Source: the human T2T-CHM13v2.0 reference genome, Homo sapiens
DNA: 64,000 bases
Reading direction: 5' to 3' (one strand)
NCBI RefSeq assembly: GCF_009914755.1
Contig: NC_060933.1
Below the pieces are notes generated by a model, which was not told the DNA's origin, ran no database searches, and saw only the letters and a program-made list of their open reading frames with translations. Every line of letters starts with the position of its first letter. The stretch's first letter is position 1. Made by a program: the position numbers and the translations under genes. This document shows positions 13,440 to 28,100 of this stretch, in pieces.

Positions 13440-15812
13440 ATAGAATGGAATGGAATTAACCCGAATAGAATGGAATGCAATAGAATGGAATGCAACGGAA
13501 CCGAATGGAGTGGAATGGAATGGAATGGGATAGAATGGAATGGAATGGAATGGAATGGAATGGAATCAACTCGATGGTAATCGAATGGAATGGAATGGAA
13601 TTAACCGGAATAGAATGGAATGGAATGGAATGGAACGGAACGGAATGGAATGGAATGGAATGGAATGGAATGGAATGGAACAGAACGGAATGGAATGGAA
13701 TGGAATGGAATGGAATCAACGCGAGTGCAGGGGAATGGAATGGAATGGAATGCAATGGAATGGAATCTTCCGGAATGGAATGGAATGGAATGGAATGGAA
13801 TGAAAGGCAATGGATTCAACTCGATTGCAATGGAATGGAATAGAATAGAATGGAATGGAATGGAATGGAATGGAATGGAAAGGAATTGAATGGAATGGAA
13901 TGCCTTCAAACCGAATGGAATGGAATGGAATGGAATCAACACGAGTGGAAAGGAATGGAATGGAAAGGAATGGAATGGAATGGAATGGTATGGAATAGAA
14001 TGGAATCAAACGAACTGGAATGGAATGGAATGGAATGGAATGGAATGGAATGGAATCGTTCCGAGTGGAATAGGAGGGAATGTATTCGAGTGGAATGGAA
14101 AGGAATGGAATCAACCAGAGTGGAATGGAAGGGAATGGAATGGAATGGAAACTAATAGAATGGAATCAACCCGAGTGGAAAGGAATGGAAAGGACTGGAA
14201 TGGAATGGAATGGAATGGAATGGAATGGAATGGAATCAACTCGATTGTAATGGAATGGAATGGAATGGAATGGAATGGAATGGAATTAACCCGAATACAA
14301 TGGAATGGAATAGAATGGAACGGAATGGAGTGGAATGGAATGGAATCAACCCGAGTGCAGGGGAATGGAATGGAATGGAATGCAATGGAATGGAATCATC
14401 CGGAATGGAATGGAATGGAATGGAATGCAAAGCAATGGAATCAACTCGATTGCAATGGAATGGAATGGAATGGAAAGGAATAGAATTGAATCAACCCGAG
14501 TGTAATGGAATGGAAAGGACTGGAATGGAGTGGAATGGAATGGAATGGAATGGAATGGAATCAACTCGATTGGAATGGAATCTAATGGAATGGAATGGAA
14601 TGGAATGGAATCAACACGATTTAAATGGAATGGAATGGAATGGAATTAACCCGAATAGAATGGAATGGAATGGAATGGAACGGAATGGAACGGAATGGAA
14701 TGGAATGGAATGGAATGGAATGGAATGGAATGGAACGGAAAGGAATGGAATGGAATGGAATGGAATGGAATCAACGCGAGTGCAGGGGAATGGAATGGAA
14801 TGCAATGGAATGGAATCTTCCGGAATGGAATGGAATGGAATGGAATCAACCCGAGTGCAATGGAATGGAGTGGAATGGAATGGAATGGAATGGAACAACC
14901 CGAATGGAATCGAATGTAATGGAGAGTACGGGAGTTGAATAGAATCAATCCGAATGTAATGGAATGGAATGGAACGGAATGGAATTGAATGGAATGGAAT
15001 GGAATGCAATGGAATGGAATCATTAGTAATGGAATGGAAAGGAATGGAATGGAATGGAATGGAATGGAATCAACTCGATTGCAATCAAATGGAATGGAAT
15101 GGAATTATTCCGAATAGAATGGAATTGAATGGAATGGAACGGAACGGAATGGAATGGAATGGAATGGAATGGAACGGAACGGAACGGAACGGAATGGAAT
15201 GGAATGGAATGGAATGGAATGGAATGGAATCAACGCGAGTGCAGGGGAATGGAATGGAATGGAATGCGATGGAATGGAATCTTCCGGAATGGAATGGAAT
15301 GGAATGGAATGGAATGCAATGGATTCAACTCGATTGCAATGGAATGGTATAGAATGGAATGGAATGGAATGGAATGGAATTAACCCTAATAGAATGGAAT
15401 GGAATGGAATGGAACGGAATAGAACGGAATGGAATGGAATGGAATAGAATGGAATGGAATGGAATGGAATCAATCATTCCGAGTGGAATGGAAGGGAATG
15501 TAATAGAGTGGAAAGAAGGGAATGGAATCAACCCGAGTGGAATGCAAGGCAATGGAATGGAATGGAAAGGAATGGAATGGAATCAACTCGATTGCAATGG
15601 AATGGAATGGAATGGAATGGAATTAACCGGAATAGAATGGAATGGAATGGAATGGAACGGAATGGAATGGAATGGAAGGGAATGGAATCAACAAGAGTGC
15701 AGGGGAATGGAATGGAATGGAATACAATGGAATGGAATCATCCGGAATGGAATGGAATGGAATGGAATCAACTCCATTGCAATGGAATGGAATGGAATGG
15801 AATGGAATGGAA
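13440..15812 (+). repeat. ~2.37 kb tandem duplication, copy A
   Basis: Constant 2372 offset for GCAACGGAACCG (13492/15864), GAGAGTACGGG (14922/17294), CATTAGTAAT (15021/17393) and GGAATTATTCCG (15101/17473). ORF-track peptides 14236..14430 and 16598..16792 are identical. Confidence 0.9.
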
Positions 15813-17840
15813 TAGAATGGAATGGAATTAACCCGAATAGAATGGAATGCAATAGAATGGAATGCAACGGAACCGAATGGAGTGGAATGGAATGGAATGG
15901 GATGGAATGGAATGGAATGGAATGGAATGGAATCAACTCGATGGTAATAGAATGGAATGGAATGGAATTAACCCGAATAGAATGGAATGGAATGGAATGG
16001 AACGGAACGGAATGGAATGGAATGGAATGGAATGGAACGGAACGGAATGGAATGGAATGGAATGGAATGGAATCAACGCGAGTGCAGGGGAATGGAATGG
16101 AATGGAATGCAATGGAATGGAATCTTCCGGAATGGAATGGAATGGAATGGAACGGAATGAAAGGCAATGGATTCAACTCGACTGCAATGGAATGGAATAG
16201 AATGGAATGGAATGGAATGGAATGGAATGGAATGGAATGGAATGGAATGGAATGGAATGGAATTGAAAGGAATGGAATGCCTTCAAACCGAATGGAATGG
16301 AATGGAATGGAATCAACACGAGTGGAAAGGAATGGAATGGAAAGGAATGGAATGGAATGGAATGGTATGGAATAGAATGGAATCAAACGAACTGGAATGG
16401 AATGGAATGGAATGGAATGGAATGGAATGGAATCGTTCCGAGTGGAATAGGAGGGAATGTATTCGAGTGGAATGGAAAGGAATGGAATCAACCAGAGTGG
16501 AATGGAGGGGAATGGAATGGAATGGAAACTAATAGAAAGGAATCAACCCGAGTGGAAAGGAATGGAAAGGACTGGAATGGAATGGAATGGAATGGAATCA
16601 ACTAGATTGTAATGGAATGGAATGGAATGGAATGGAATGGAATGGAATTAACCCGAATACAATGGAATGGAATAGAATGGAACGGAATGGAGTGGAATGG
16701 AATGGAATCAACCCGAGTGCAGGGGAATGGAATGGAATGGAATGCAATGGAATGGAATCATCCGGAATGGAATGGAATGGAATGGAATGCAAAGCAATGG
16801 AATCAACTCGATTGCAATGGAATGGAATGGAATGGAAAGGAATAGAATTGAATCAACCCGAGTGTAATGGAATGGAAAGGACTGGAATGGAGTGGAATGG
16901 AATGGAATGGAATGGAATGGAATCAACTCGATTGGAATGGAATCTAATGGAATGGAATGGAATGGAATGGAATCAACACGATTTCAATGGAATGGAATGG
17001 AATGGAATTAACCCGAATAGAATGGAATGGAATGGAATGGAACGGAATGGAACGGAATGGAATGGAATGGAATGGAATGGAATGGAATGGAATGGAATGT
17101 AACGGAAAGGAATGGAATGGAATGGAATGGAATGGAATCAACGCGAGTGCAGGGGAATGGAATGGAATGGAATGCAATGGAATGGAATCTTCCGGAATGG
17201 AATGGAATGGAATGGAATCAACCCGAGTGCAATGGAATGGAGTGGAATGGAATGGAATGGAATGGAACAACCCGAATGGAATCGAATGTAATGGAGAGTA
17301 CGGGAGTTGAATAGAATCAATCCGAATGTAATGGAATGGAATGGAACGGAATGGAATTGAATGGAATGGAATGGAATGCAATGGAATGGAATCATTAGTA
17401 ATGGAATGGAAAGGAATGGAATGGAATGGAATGGAATGGAATCAACTCGATTGCAATCAAATGGAATGGAATGGAATTATTCCGAATAGAATGGAATTGA
17501 ATGGAATGGAACGGAACGGAATGGAATGGAATGGAACGGAACGGAACGGAACGGAACGGAATGGAATGGAATGGAATGGAATGGAATGGAATGGAATGGA
17601 ATCAACGCGAGTGCAGGGGAATGGAATGGAATGGAATGCGATGGAATGGAATCTTCCGGAATGGAATGGAATGGAATGGAATGGAATGCAATGGATTCAA
17701 CTCGATTGCAATGGAATGCTATAGAATGGAATGGAATGGAATGGAATGGAATTAACCCTAATAGAATGGAATGGAATGGAATGGAACGGAATAGAACGGA
17801 ATGGAATGGAATGGAATAGAATGGAATGGAATGGAATGGA
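15813..17840 (+). repeat. ~2.37 kb tandem duplication, copy B (truncated at ~17840)
   Basis: Matches 13440-15470, then diverges where copy A continues into CAATCATTCC (15471). Confidence 0.88.
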
Positions 17841-20800
17841 ATCAACCCGAGTCAATGGAATGGAGAGGAATGGAATGGAATGGAATGGAAACTACCCGAA
17901 TGGAATGGAATTTAATGGAGTGTAAGGGAATTGAATAGAATCAATCCGAATGGAATGGAATGGAATGGAACGGAATGGAATGGAATGGAATGGAATGGAA
18001 TGGAATCAACCCGAGTGCAGGGGAATGGAATGGAATGGAATGCAATGGAATGCAGTCATCCGGAATGGAATGGAATGGAATGCAATGGAATGGAATGGAA
18101 TGGAATCAAACCGAGTGCAATGGAATGGAGTGAAATTGAATGGAATGGAATGGAAACAACTAGAATTGATTGGAATATAATGGAGTGTAAGGGAATTGAA
18201 TAGAATCAATCTGAATGTAATGAAATGGAATGGGACGGAATGGAATGGAATGGAATGGAATGGAATGGAATGCAATGCAATGGAATGGAATCAGCCCGAG
18301 TGAAATCGAATGGAATCAAATGGAATGGAATGCAATGGAATGGATTCAACTTGAATGGAATGGAAAAAATGGAATCAACACGAGTGGAATGGCATGGATT
18401 GGAATGGAATGGAAAGGAATCCACCCGAGTACAGGGGAATGGAATGGAATGGAATGCAATGGAATTGAATCATCCGTAATGGAATGGAAAGGAATGGAAT
18501 GGAATGGAATGGAATCAACTCGATTATAATCGAATGGAATGGAATGGAATGGAATTAACCCGAATAGAATGGAATGGAATGGAATGGAACAGAACGGAAC
18601 GGAATGGAATGGAATGGAATGGAATGAAACGGAAAGGAATGGAATGGAATGGAATGGAATGGAATGGAATCAACGCGAGTGCAGGGGAATGGAATGGAAT
18701 GGAATGCAATGGAATGGAATCTTCCGGAATGGAATGGAATGGAATTGAATGGAATGAAATGGATTCAACTCGATTGCAATGGAATGTAATAGAATGGAAT
18801 GGAATGGAATGGAATGGAATTAACCCGAATAGAGTGGAATGGAATGGAATGGAACGGAACGGAACGGAACGGAACGGAACGGAATGGAATGGAATGGAAT
18901 TGTATGGAATGGAATGGAATGGTACGGAATAGAATGGAATCGAAAGAATTGGAATGGAATGGAATCGAATGGAATGATATGGAATGGAATGGAATGGAAT
19001 GGAATCAACCCGAGTGCAGGGGAATGTAATGGAACGGAATGCAATGGAAAGGAATCATCCGGAATGGAATGGAATGGAATGGAATGGAATGGAATCAACC
19101 CGAGTGCAATGCAATGGAGTGGAATGGAATGGAATGGAATGGAACAACACGAATGAAATGGAATGTAATGGAGAGTAAGGGAGTTGAATACAATCAACCC
19201 GAATGTAATGGAATGGAATGGAACGGAATGGAATGGAATGGAATGCAATGGAATGGAATCAACCCTAGTACAATGGAATGGAATGGAATGGAATGGAATG
19301 GAATGGAATTGAATGGAATGGAATGGAATCAACCCGAGTGCAATGGAATGGAGAGGAATGGAATGGAATGGAATGGAAACTACCCGAATGGAATGGAATG
19401 CAATGAAGTGTAAGGGAATTGAATAGAATCAATCCGAATGTAATGGAATGCAATGGAACGGAATGGAATGGAATGGAATGGAATGGAATGGAATGGAATG
19501 CAATGGAATGGAATCAACCCGAGTGCAATCGAATGGAATCGAATGGAATGGAATGCAATGGAATGGATTCAACTTGAATGGAATGGAAAGAATGGAATCA
19601 ACACGAGTGGAATGGCATGGATTGGAATGGAATGGAATGGAATCAACCCGAGTACAGGAGAATGGAATGGAATGGAATGCAATGGAATGGAATCATTAGT
19701 AATGGAATGGAAAGGAATGGAATGGAATGGAATGGAATGGAATCAACTCGATTGCAATCAAATGGAATGGAATGGAATTAATCCGAATAGAATGGAATTG
19801 AATGGAATGGAACGGAACGGAATGGAATGGAATGGAATGGAATGGAACGGAACGGAACGGAACGGAATGGAATGGAATGGAATGGAATGGAATGGAATGG
19901 ATTGGAATGGAATCAACGCGAGTGCAGGGGAATGGAATGGAATGGAATGCAATGGAATGGAATCTTCCGGAATGGAATGGAATGGAATGGAATGGAATGC
20001 AATAGATTCAACTCGATTGCAATGGAATGGTATAGAATGGAATGGAATGGAATGGAATGGAATTAACCCTAATAGAATGGAATGGAATGGAATGGAACGG
20101 AATAGAACGGAATGGAATGGAATGGAATACAATGGAAAGGAAAGGAATGGTATGGAATTTAATGGAATGGTACGGAATAGAATGGAATGGAACGAATTGG
20201 AATGGAATGGAATCGAATGGAATGGAATGGAATGGAATGGAATGGAATCAACGCGAGTGCAGGGAAATGTAATAGAACGGAATGCAATGAAATGGAATCA
20301 TCCAGAATGGAATGGAATGGAATGGAATGGAATGGAATCAACCCGAGTGCAATGGAATGGAGTGGAATGGAATGGAAAGGAATGGAACAACCCGAATGGA
20401 ATGGAATGTAATGGAGAGTAAGGGAGTTGAATACAATCAATACGAATTGAATGGAATGTAATTGAAAGTAAGGGAGTTGAATAGAATCAATCCGAATGTA
20501 ATGGAATGGAATGGAACGGAATGGAATTGAAAGGAATGGAATGGAATGCAATGGAATGGAATCAACCCGTGTGCAATGGAATGAAATGGAATGGAATGGA
20601 ATGGAATGGAATGGAATGGAATTGAATGGAATGGCTTCAAACCGAATGGAATGGAAAGGAGTGGAATCAACACGAGTGGAATGGAATGGAATGGAATGGA
20701 ATGGAATGGAATGGTACGGAATAGAATGGAATGGAACGAAATGGAATGGAATGGAATGCAATGGAATGGAATGGAATTGTTCCGAGTGGATTAAGAGGGA

Positions 20801-22149
20801 ATGTATTCGAGTGGAATGGAAAGGAGTGGAATCAACCAGAGTGGAATGGAAGGGAATGGAATGGAATGGAAACTAATAGAATGGAATCAACCCGAGTGGA
20901 ATGGAATGCAAAGGAATGGAATGGAATGGAATGGAATGGAATGGAATGGAATCAACTCGATTGTAATGGAATGGAATGGAATGGAATGGAATGGAATGGA
21001 ATGGAATGGAATGGAATTAACCCGAATACAATGGAATGGAATGGAATGGAACGGAATGGAGTGGAATGGAATGGAATCAACCCGAGTGCAGGGGAATGGA
21101 ATGGAATGGAATGCAATGGAATGGAATCATCCGGAATGGAATGGAATGGAATGGAATGCAATGCAATGGAATCAACTCGATTGCAATGAAATGGAATGGA
21201 AAGGAATAGAATGGAATCAACCCGAGTGCAATGGAATGGAGTGGAATGGAATGGAATGGAATGGAACAACCCGAATGGAATGGAATGTAATGGAGAGTAA
21301 GGGAGTTGAATAGAATCAATCCGAATGTAATGGAAGGGAATGCAACGGAATGGAATGGAATGGAATGGAATGGAATGGAATGGAATGCAAAGGAATGGAA
21401 TCAACCCGAGTGGAATGGCATGGAATGGAATGCAATGGATTGGAATGGAATGGAATCAACTCGAGTGGAAAGGAATGGAATAGAATGGAAAGGAATGGAA
21501 TGAAGTCAACTCGAGTGGAATGGAATGGAATGGAATGGATTGGAATGGATTGCAATGGAATGAAATGGAATGGAATGGAATGGAATCAATCATGGAAGGG
21601 AATGTAATGGAGTGGAAAGAAGGGAAAGGAATCAACCAGAGTGGAATGGAATGGAAAGGACTGGAATGGAGTGGAATGGAATGGAATGGAATGGAATCAA
21701 CTCGATTGGAATGGAATGGAATGGAATGGAATGGAATTAACCCGAATAGAATGGAATGGAATGGAACGGAATGGAATAGAATGGAATGGAATGGAATGGA
21801 ATGGAAAGGAATCAACCCGAGTGCAGGGGAATGGAATGGAATGGAATGCAATGGAATGGAATCATCTGGAACGGAATGGAATGGAATGGAATGGAATCAA
21901 CTCGATTGCAATGGAATGGAATGGAATGAAATGGAATGGAATGGAATGGAATGGAATGGAATGGAATGGAATTCACCCGAATAGAATGGAATGGAATGGA
22001 ATGGAAAGGAATGGAAGGGGAGAGAATGGAATGTAATCAACCCGAGTGCAGGGGTATGGAATGGAATGGAATGCAATTGAATGGAATCATCCGGAATCGA
22101 ATGGAATGGAATGGAATGGAATGGAATGGAATGGAATGGAATGGAATGG

Positions 22150-25100
22150 AATCAACCCGATGCAATGGAATGGAGTGGAATGGAATGGAATGGAATGGAA
22201 ACATCCCGAATGGAATGGAATGTAATGGTGTGTAAGGGAATTGAATAGAAACAATCCGAATGTAATGGAATGGAATGGAATGAAATCGAATGGAATGGAA
22301 TGGAATGGAATCAACCCGAGTGCAATGGAATGGAATCGAATAGAATAGAATGGAATGGATTCAACAAGAATGGAATGGAAAGGAATGGAATCAACCCGAG
22401 TGTAATGGCATGGAATGGAATGGAATGGAATGGGATGGAATGGAATGGTACGGAATAGAATGGAATGGAATGAAATGGAATGGAATGGAATGGAATGGAA
22501 TGAACCCGTGTGCAATGTAATGGAATGGAACGGAATGGAATGGATTCAACTCGAAAGGAATCAACTCGATTGCAATGGAATGGAATGGAATGGAAAGGAA
22601 TAGAATGGAATCAACCCGGGTAGAATGGAATGGAAAGGACTGGAATGGAGTGGAATCTAATGGAATGGAATGGAATCAAATCGATTGGAATGGAATGGAA
22701 TGGAATGGAATGGAATGGAATCAACTCTATTGCAATGGAATGGAATGGAATGGAATGGAATGGAATGGAATGGAATGGAATGGAATGGAATGGAATGGAA
22801 TTAACCCGAATAGAATGGAATGGAATGGAGTGGAACGGAATGTAATGGAATGGAATGGAATCAACCCGAGTGCAGGGGAATGGAATCGAATGGAATGCGA
22901 TGGAATGGAATCATCCGGAATGGAATGGAATGGAATGGAATGGAATGGAATGGAATGGAATCAACTGGATTTCAATGGAATGGAATGGAATATAATGGAA
23001 TGGAATTAACACGAATAGAAAGGAATGGAATGGAATGGAATGCAACGGAAAGAATGGAGTTTAATGGAATGGAATCAACCCGAGTGCAGGGGAATGGAAT
23101 GGAATGGAATGCAATGGAATGGAATCATATGTAATGGAATGGAAAGGAATGGAATGGAATGGAATGGAATGGAATGGAATGGAATGGAATCAACTCGATT
23201 GTAATCGAATGGAATGGAATGGAATTAACCCGAATAGAATGGAATGGAATGGAATGGAACAGAACGGAATTGAATGGAATGGAATGGAATGGAATGGAAT
23301 GGAATGGAATGGAACGGAAAGGAATGGAATGGAATGGAATGGAATGGAATGGAATCAACGCGATTGCAATCGAATGGAATGGAATGGAATTAACCCGAAT
23401 AGAATGTAATGGAATGGAATGGAATGGAATCAATCATGGAAGGGAATGTAATGGAGTGGAAAGAAGGGAATGGAATCAACCCGAGTGGAATGCAAGGCAA
23501 TGGAATGGAATGGAAAGGAATGGAATGGAATCAACTCGATTGCAATGGAATGGAATGGAATGGAATGGAATGGAATGCAATGGAATTAACCGGAATAGAA
23601 TGGAATGGAATGGAATGGAACGGAATGGAATGGAATGGAAGGGAATGGAATCAACACGAGTGCAGGGGAATGGAATGGAATGGAATGCAATGGAATGGAA
23701 TCATACGGAATGGAATGGAATGGAATGGAATCAACTCCATTGCAATGGAATGGAATGGAATGGAAAGGAATAGAATGGAATGGAATTAACCCGAATAGAA
23801 TGGAATGCAATAGAATGGAATGCAATGGAACCGAATGGAGTGGAATGGAATGGAATGGAATCAACCCGAGTACAGAGGAATGGAATGGAATGGAATGCAA
23901 TGGAATGGAATCATCCGTAATGGAATGGAAAGGAATGGAATGGAATGGAATGGAATGGAATGGAATGGAATCAACTCGATGGCAATCGAATGGAATGGAA
24001 TGGAATTAACCCGAATAGAATGGAATGGAATGGAATGGAACGGAACGGAACGGAATGGAATGGAATGGAATGGAATGGAATCAACGCGAGTGCAGGGGAA
24101 TGGAATGGAATGCAATGGAATGGAATCTTCCGGAATGGAATGGAATGGAATGGAATGAAAGGCAATGGATTCAACTCGATTGCAATGGAATGGAATAGAA
24201 TAGAATGGAATGGAATGGAATGGAATGGAATGGAAAGGAATTGAATGGAATGGAATGCCTTCAAACCGAATGGAATGGAATGGAATGGAATCAACACGAG
24301 TGGAAAGGAATGGAATGGAAAGGAATGGAATGGAATGGAATGGTATGGAATAGAATGGAATCAAACGAACTGGAATGGAATGGAATGGAATGGAATGGAA
24401 TGGAATGGAATCGTTCCGAGTGGAATAGGAGGGAATGTATTCGAGTGGAATGGAAAGGAATGGAATCAACCAGAGTGGAATGGAAGGGAATGGAATGGAA
24501 TGGAAACTAATAGAATGGAATCAACCCGAGTGGAAAGGAATGGAAAGGACTGGAATGGAATGGAATGGAATGGAATGGAATGGAATGGAATCAACTCGAT
24601 TGTAATGGAATGGAATGGAATGGAATGGAATGGAATGGAATTAACCCGAATACAATGGAATGGAATAGAATGGAACGGAATGGAGTGGAATGGAATGGAA
24701 TCAACCCGAGTGCAGGGGAATGGAATGGAATGGAATGCAATGGAATGGAATCATCCGGAATGGAATGGAATGGAATGGAATGCAAAGCAATGGAATCAAC
24801 TCGATTGCAATGGAATGGAATGGAATGGAAAGGAATAGAATTGAATCAACCCGAGTGTAATGGAATGGAAAGGACTGGAATGGAGTGGAATGGAATGGAA
24901 TGGAATGGAATGGAATCAACTCGATTGGAATGGAATCTAATGGAATGGAATGGAATGGAATGGAATCAACACGATTTAAATGGAATGGAATGGAATGGAA
25001 TTAACCCGAATAGAATGGAATGGAATGGAATGGAACGGAACGGAATGGAATGGAATGGAATGGAATGGAATGGAATGGAATGGAACGGAACGGAACGGAA

Positions 25101-28100
25101 TGGAATGGAATGGAATGGAATGGAATCAACGCGAGTGCAGGGGAATGGAATGGAATGCAATGGAATGGAATCTTCCGGAATGGAATGGAATGGAATGGAA
25201 TGAAAGGCAATGGATTCAACTCGATTGCAATGGAATGGAATAGAATGGAATGGAATGGAATGGAATGGAATGGAATGGAATTGAATGGAATGGAATGCCT
25301 TCAAACCGAATGGAATGGAAAGGAATGGAATCAACACGAGTGGAAAGGAATGGAATGGAAAGGAATGGAAAGGAATGGAATGGTACGGAATACAACGGAA
25401 TGGAACGAACTGGAATGGAATGGAATGGAATGGAATGGAATGGAATGGAATGGAATCTTTCCGAGTGGAATAGGAGGGAATGTATTCGAGTGGAATGGAA
25501 AGGAATGGAATCAACCAGAGTGGAATGGAAGGGAATGGAATGGAATGGAAACTAATAGAATGGAATCAACCCGAGTGGAATGGAATGGAAAGGACTGGAA
25601 TGGAATGGAATGGAATGGAATGGAATGGAATGGAATCAACTCGATTGTAATGGAATGGAATGGAATGGAATGGAATTAACCCGAATACAATGGAATGGAA
25701 TGGAATGGAACGGAATGGAGTGGAATGGAATGGAATCAACCCGAGTGCAGGGGAATGGAATGGAATGGAATGCAATGGAATGGAATCATCCGGAATTGAA
25801 TGGAATGGAATGGAATGGAAAGCAATGGAATCAACTCGATTGCAATGGAATGGAATGGAATGGAAAGGAATACATTGGAATCAACCCGAGTGGAATGGAA
25901 TGGAAAGGACTGGAATGGAGTGGAATGGAATGGAAAGGACTGGAATGGAGTGGAATGGAATGGAATGGAGTGGAATGGAATGGAATGGAATGGAATGGAA
26001 TTAACCCGAATAGAATGGAAAGGAATGGAATGGAACGGAACGGAACGGAACGGAATGGAATGGAATGGAATGGAATGGAATGGAATGGAATCAACCCGAC
26101 TGCAGGGGAATGGAATGGAATGGAATGCAATGGAATGGAATCATCCGGAATGGAATGGAATGGAATGGAATGCAAAGCAATGGAATCAACTCGAGTACAG
26201 GGGAATGGAATGGAATGGAATGCAATGCAATGGAATCTTCCGGAATGGAATGGAATGGAATGGAATGGAATGGAATGGAATCAACCCGAGTGCAATGGAA
26301 TGGAGTGGAATGGAATGGAACAACCCGAATGGAATGGAATGTAATGGAGAGTAAGGGAGTTGAATAGAGTCAATCCGAATGTAATGGAATGGAAAGGAAC
26401 GGAATGGAATTGAATGGAATGGAATGGAATGCAATGGAATGGAATCAACCCGAGTGCAATGGAATGGAGAGGAATGCAATGGAATGGAATGGAAACTACC
26501 CGAATGGAATGGAATGTAATGGAGTGTAAGGGAATTGAATAGAATCAATCCGAATGTAATGGAATGGAATGGAACGGAATGGAATGGAATGGAATGGAAT
26601 GGAATGGAATGGAATGGAATGCAATGGAATGGAATCAACCCGAGTGCAATCGAATGGAATCGAATGGAATGGAATACAATGGAATGGATTCAACTTGAAT
26701 GGAATGGAAAGAATGGAATCAACACGAGTGGAAGGGCATGGATTGGAATGCAATGGAATGGAATCAACCCGAGAACAGGGGAATGGAATGGAATGGAATG
26801 TAATGGAATGGAATCATCCGTAATGGAATGGAAAGAAATGGAATGGAATGGAATGGAATGGAATGGAATCAACTCGATTGCAATCGAATGGAATGGAATG
26901 GAATGGAATGGAATGGAATTAACCCGAATAGAATGGAAAGGAATGGAATGGAACGGAACGGAACGGAACGGAACGGAATGGAATGGAATGGAATGGAATG
27001 GAATGGAATCAACCCGACTGCAGGGGAATGGAATGGAATGGAATGCAATGGAATGGATTCAACTTGAATGGAATGGAAAGAATGGAATCAACACGAGTGG
27101 AATGGCATGGATTGGAATGGAATTGAATGGAATCAACCCGAGTACAGGGGAATGGAATGGAATGGAATGCAATGGAATGGAATCATCCGTAATGGAATGG
27201 AAAGGAATGGAAAGGAATGGAATGGAATGGAATGGAATGGAATCAACATGATTGCAATCGAATGGAATGGAATGGAATTAACCCGAATAGAATGGAATGG
27301 AATGGAATGGAACGGAACGGAATGGAATGGAATGGAATGGAATGGAATGGAACGGAACCGAACGGAATGGAATGGAATGGAATGGAATGGAATGGAATGG
27401 AATCAACGCGAGTGCAGGGGAATGGCATGCAACGGAATGCAATGGAATGGAATCTTCCGGAATGGAATGGAATGGAATGGAATGGAATGAAATGCAATGG
27501 ATTCAACTCGATTGCAATGGAATGGAATAGAATGGAATGGAATGGAATGGAATGGGATTAACCCGAATAGAATGGAATGGAATGGAATGGAACGGAATGG
27601 AACGGAACGGAATGGAATGGAATGGAATGGAATGGAATGGAATGGAATGGTATGGAATGGAATGGAATGGTACGGAATAGAATGGAATGGAACGAATTGT
27701 AATGGAATGGAATTGAATGGAATGGAATGGAATGGAATTGAATCAATGCGAGTGCAGGGGAATGTAATGGAACGGAATGCAATGGAATGGAATCATCCGG
27801 AATGGAATGGAATGGAATGGAATGGAATGGAATCAACCCGAGTGCAATGGAATGGAGTGGAATGGAATGGAATGGAATGGAACAACCCGAATGGAATGGA
27901 ATGTAATGGAGAGTAAGGGAGTTGAATAGAATCAATCCGAATGTAATGGAAGGGAATGCAACGGAATGGAATGGAATGGAATGGAATGGAATGGAATGCA
28001 AAGGAATGGAATCAACCCGAGTGGAATGGCATGGAATGGAATGCAATGGATTGGAATGGAATGGAATCAACTCGAGTGGAAAGGAATGGAATAGAATGGA

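Noticed and set aside
22011-22030. GGAAGGGGAGAGAAT as an insertion or G-quadruplex
   Set aside because: The register is preserved and there is only one G-run, so clustered substitutions explain it.
25901-25950. 30-bp doubling of AAAGGACTGGAATGGAG (also 34411-34460) as a functional element
   Set aside because: This is simple local slippage that was copied along with the 8.5/9.5 kb duplication, and it is useful only as a marker.
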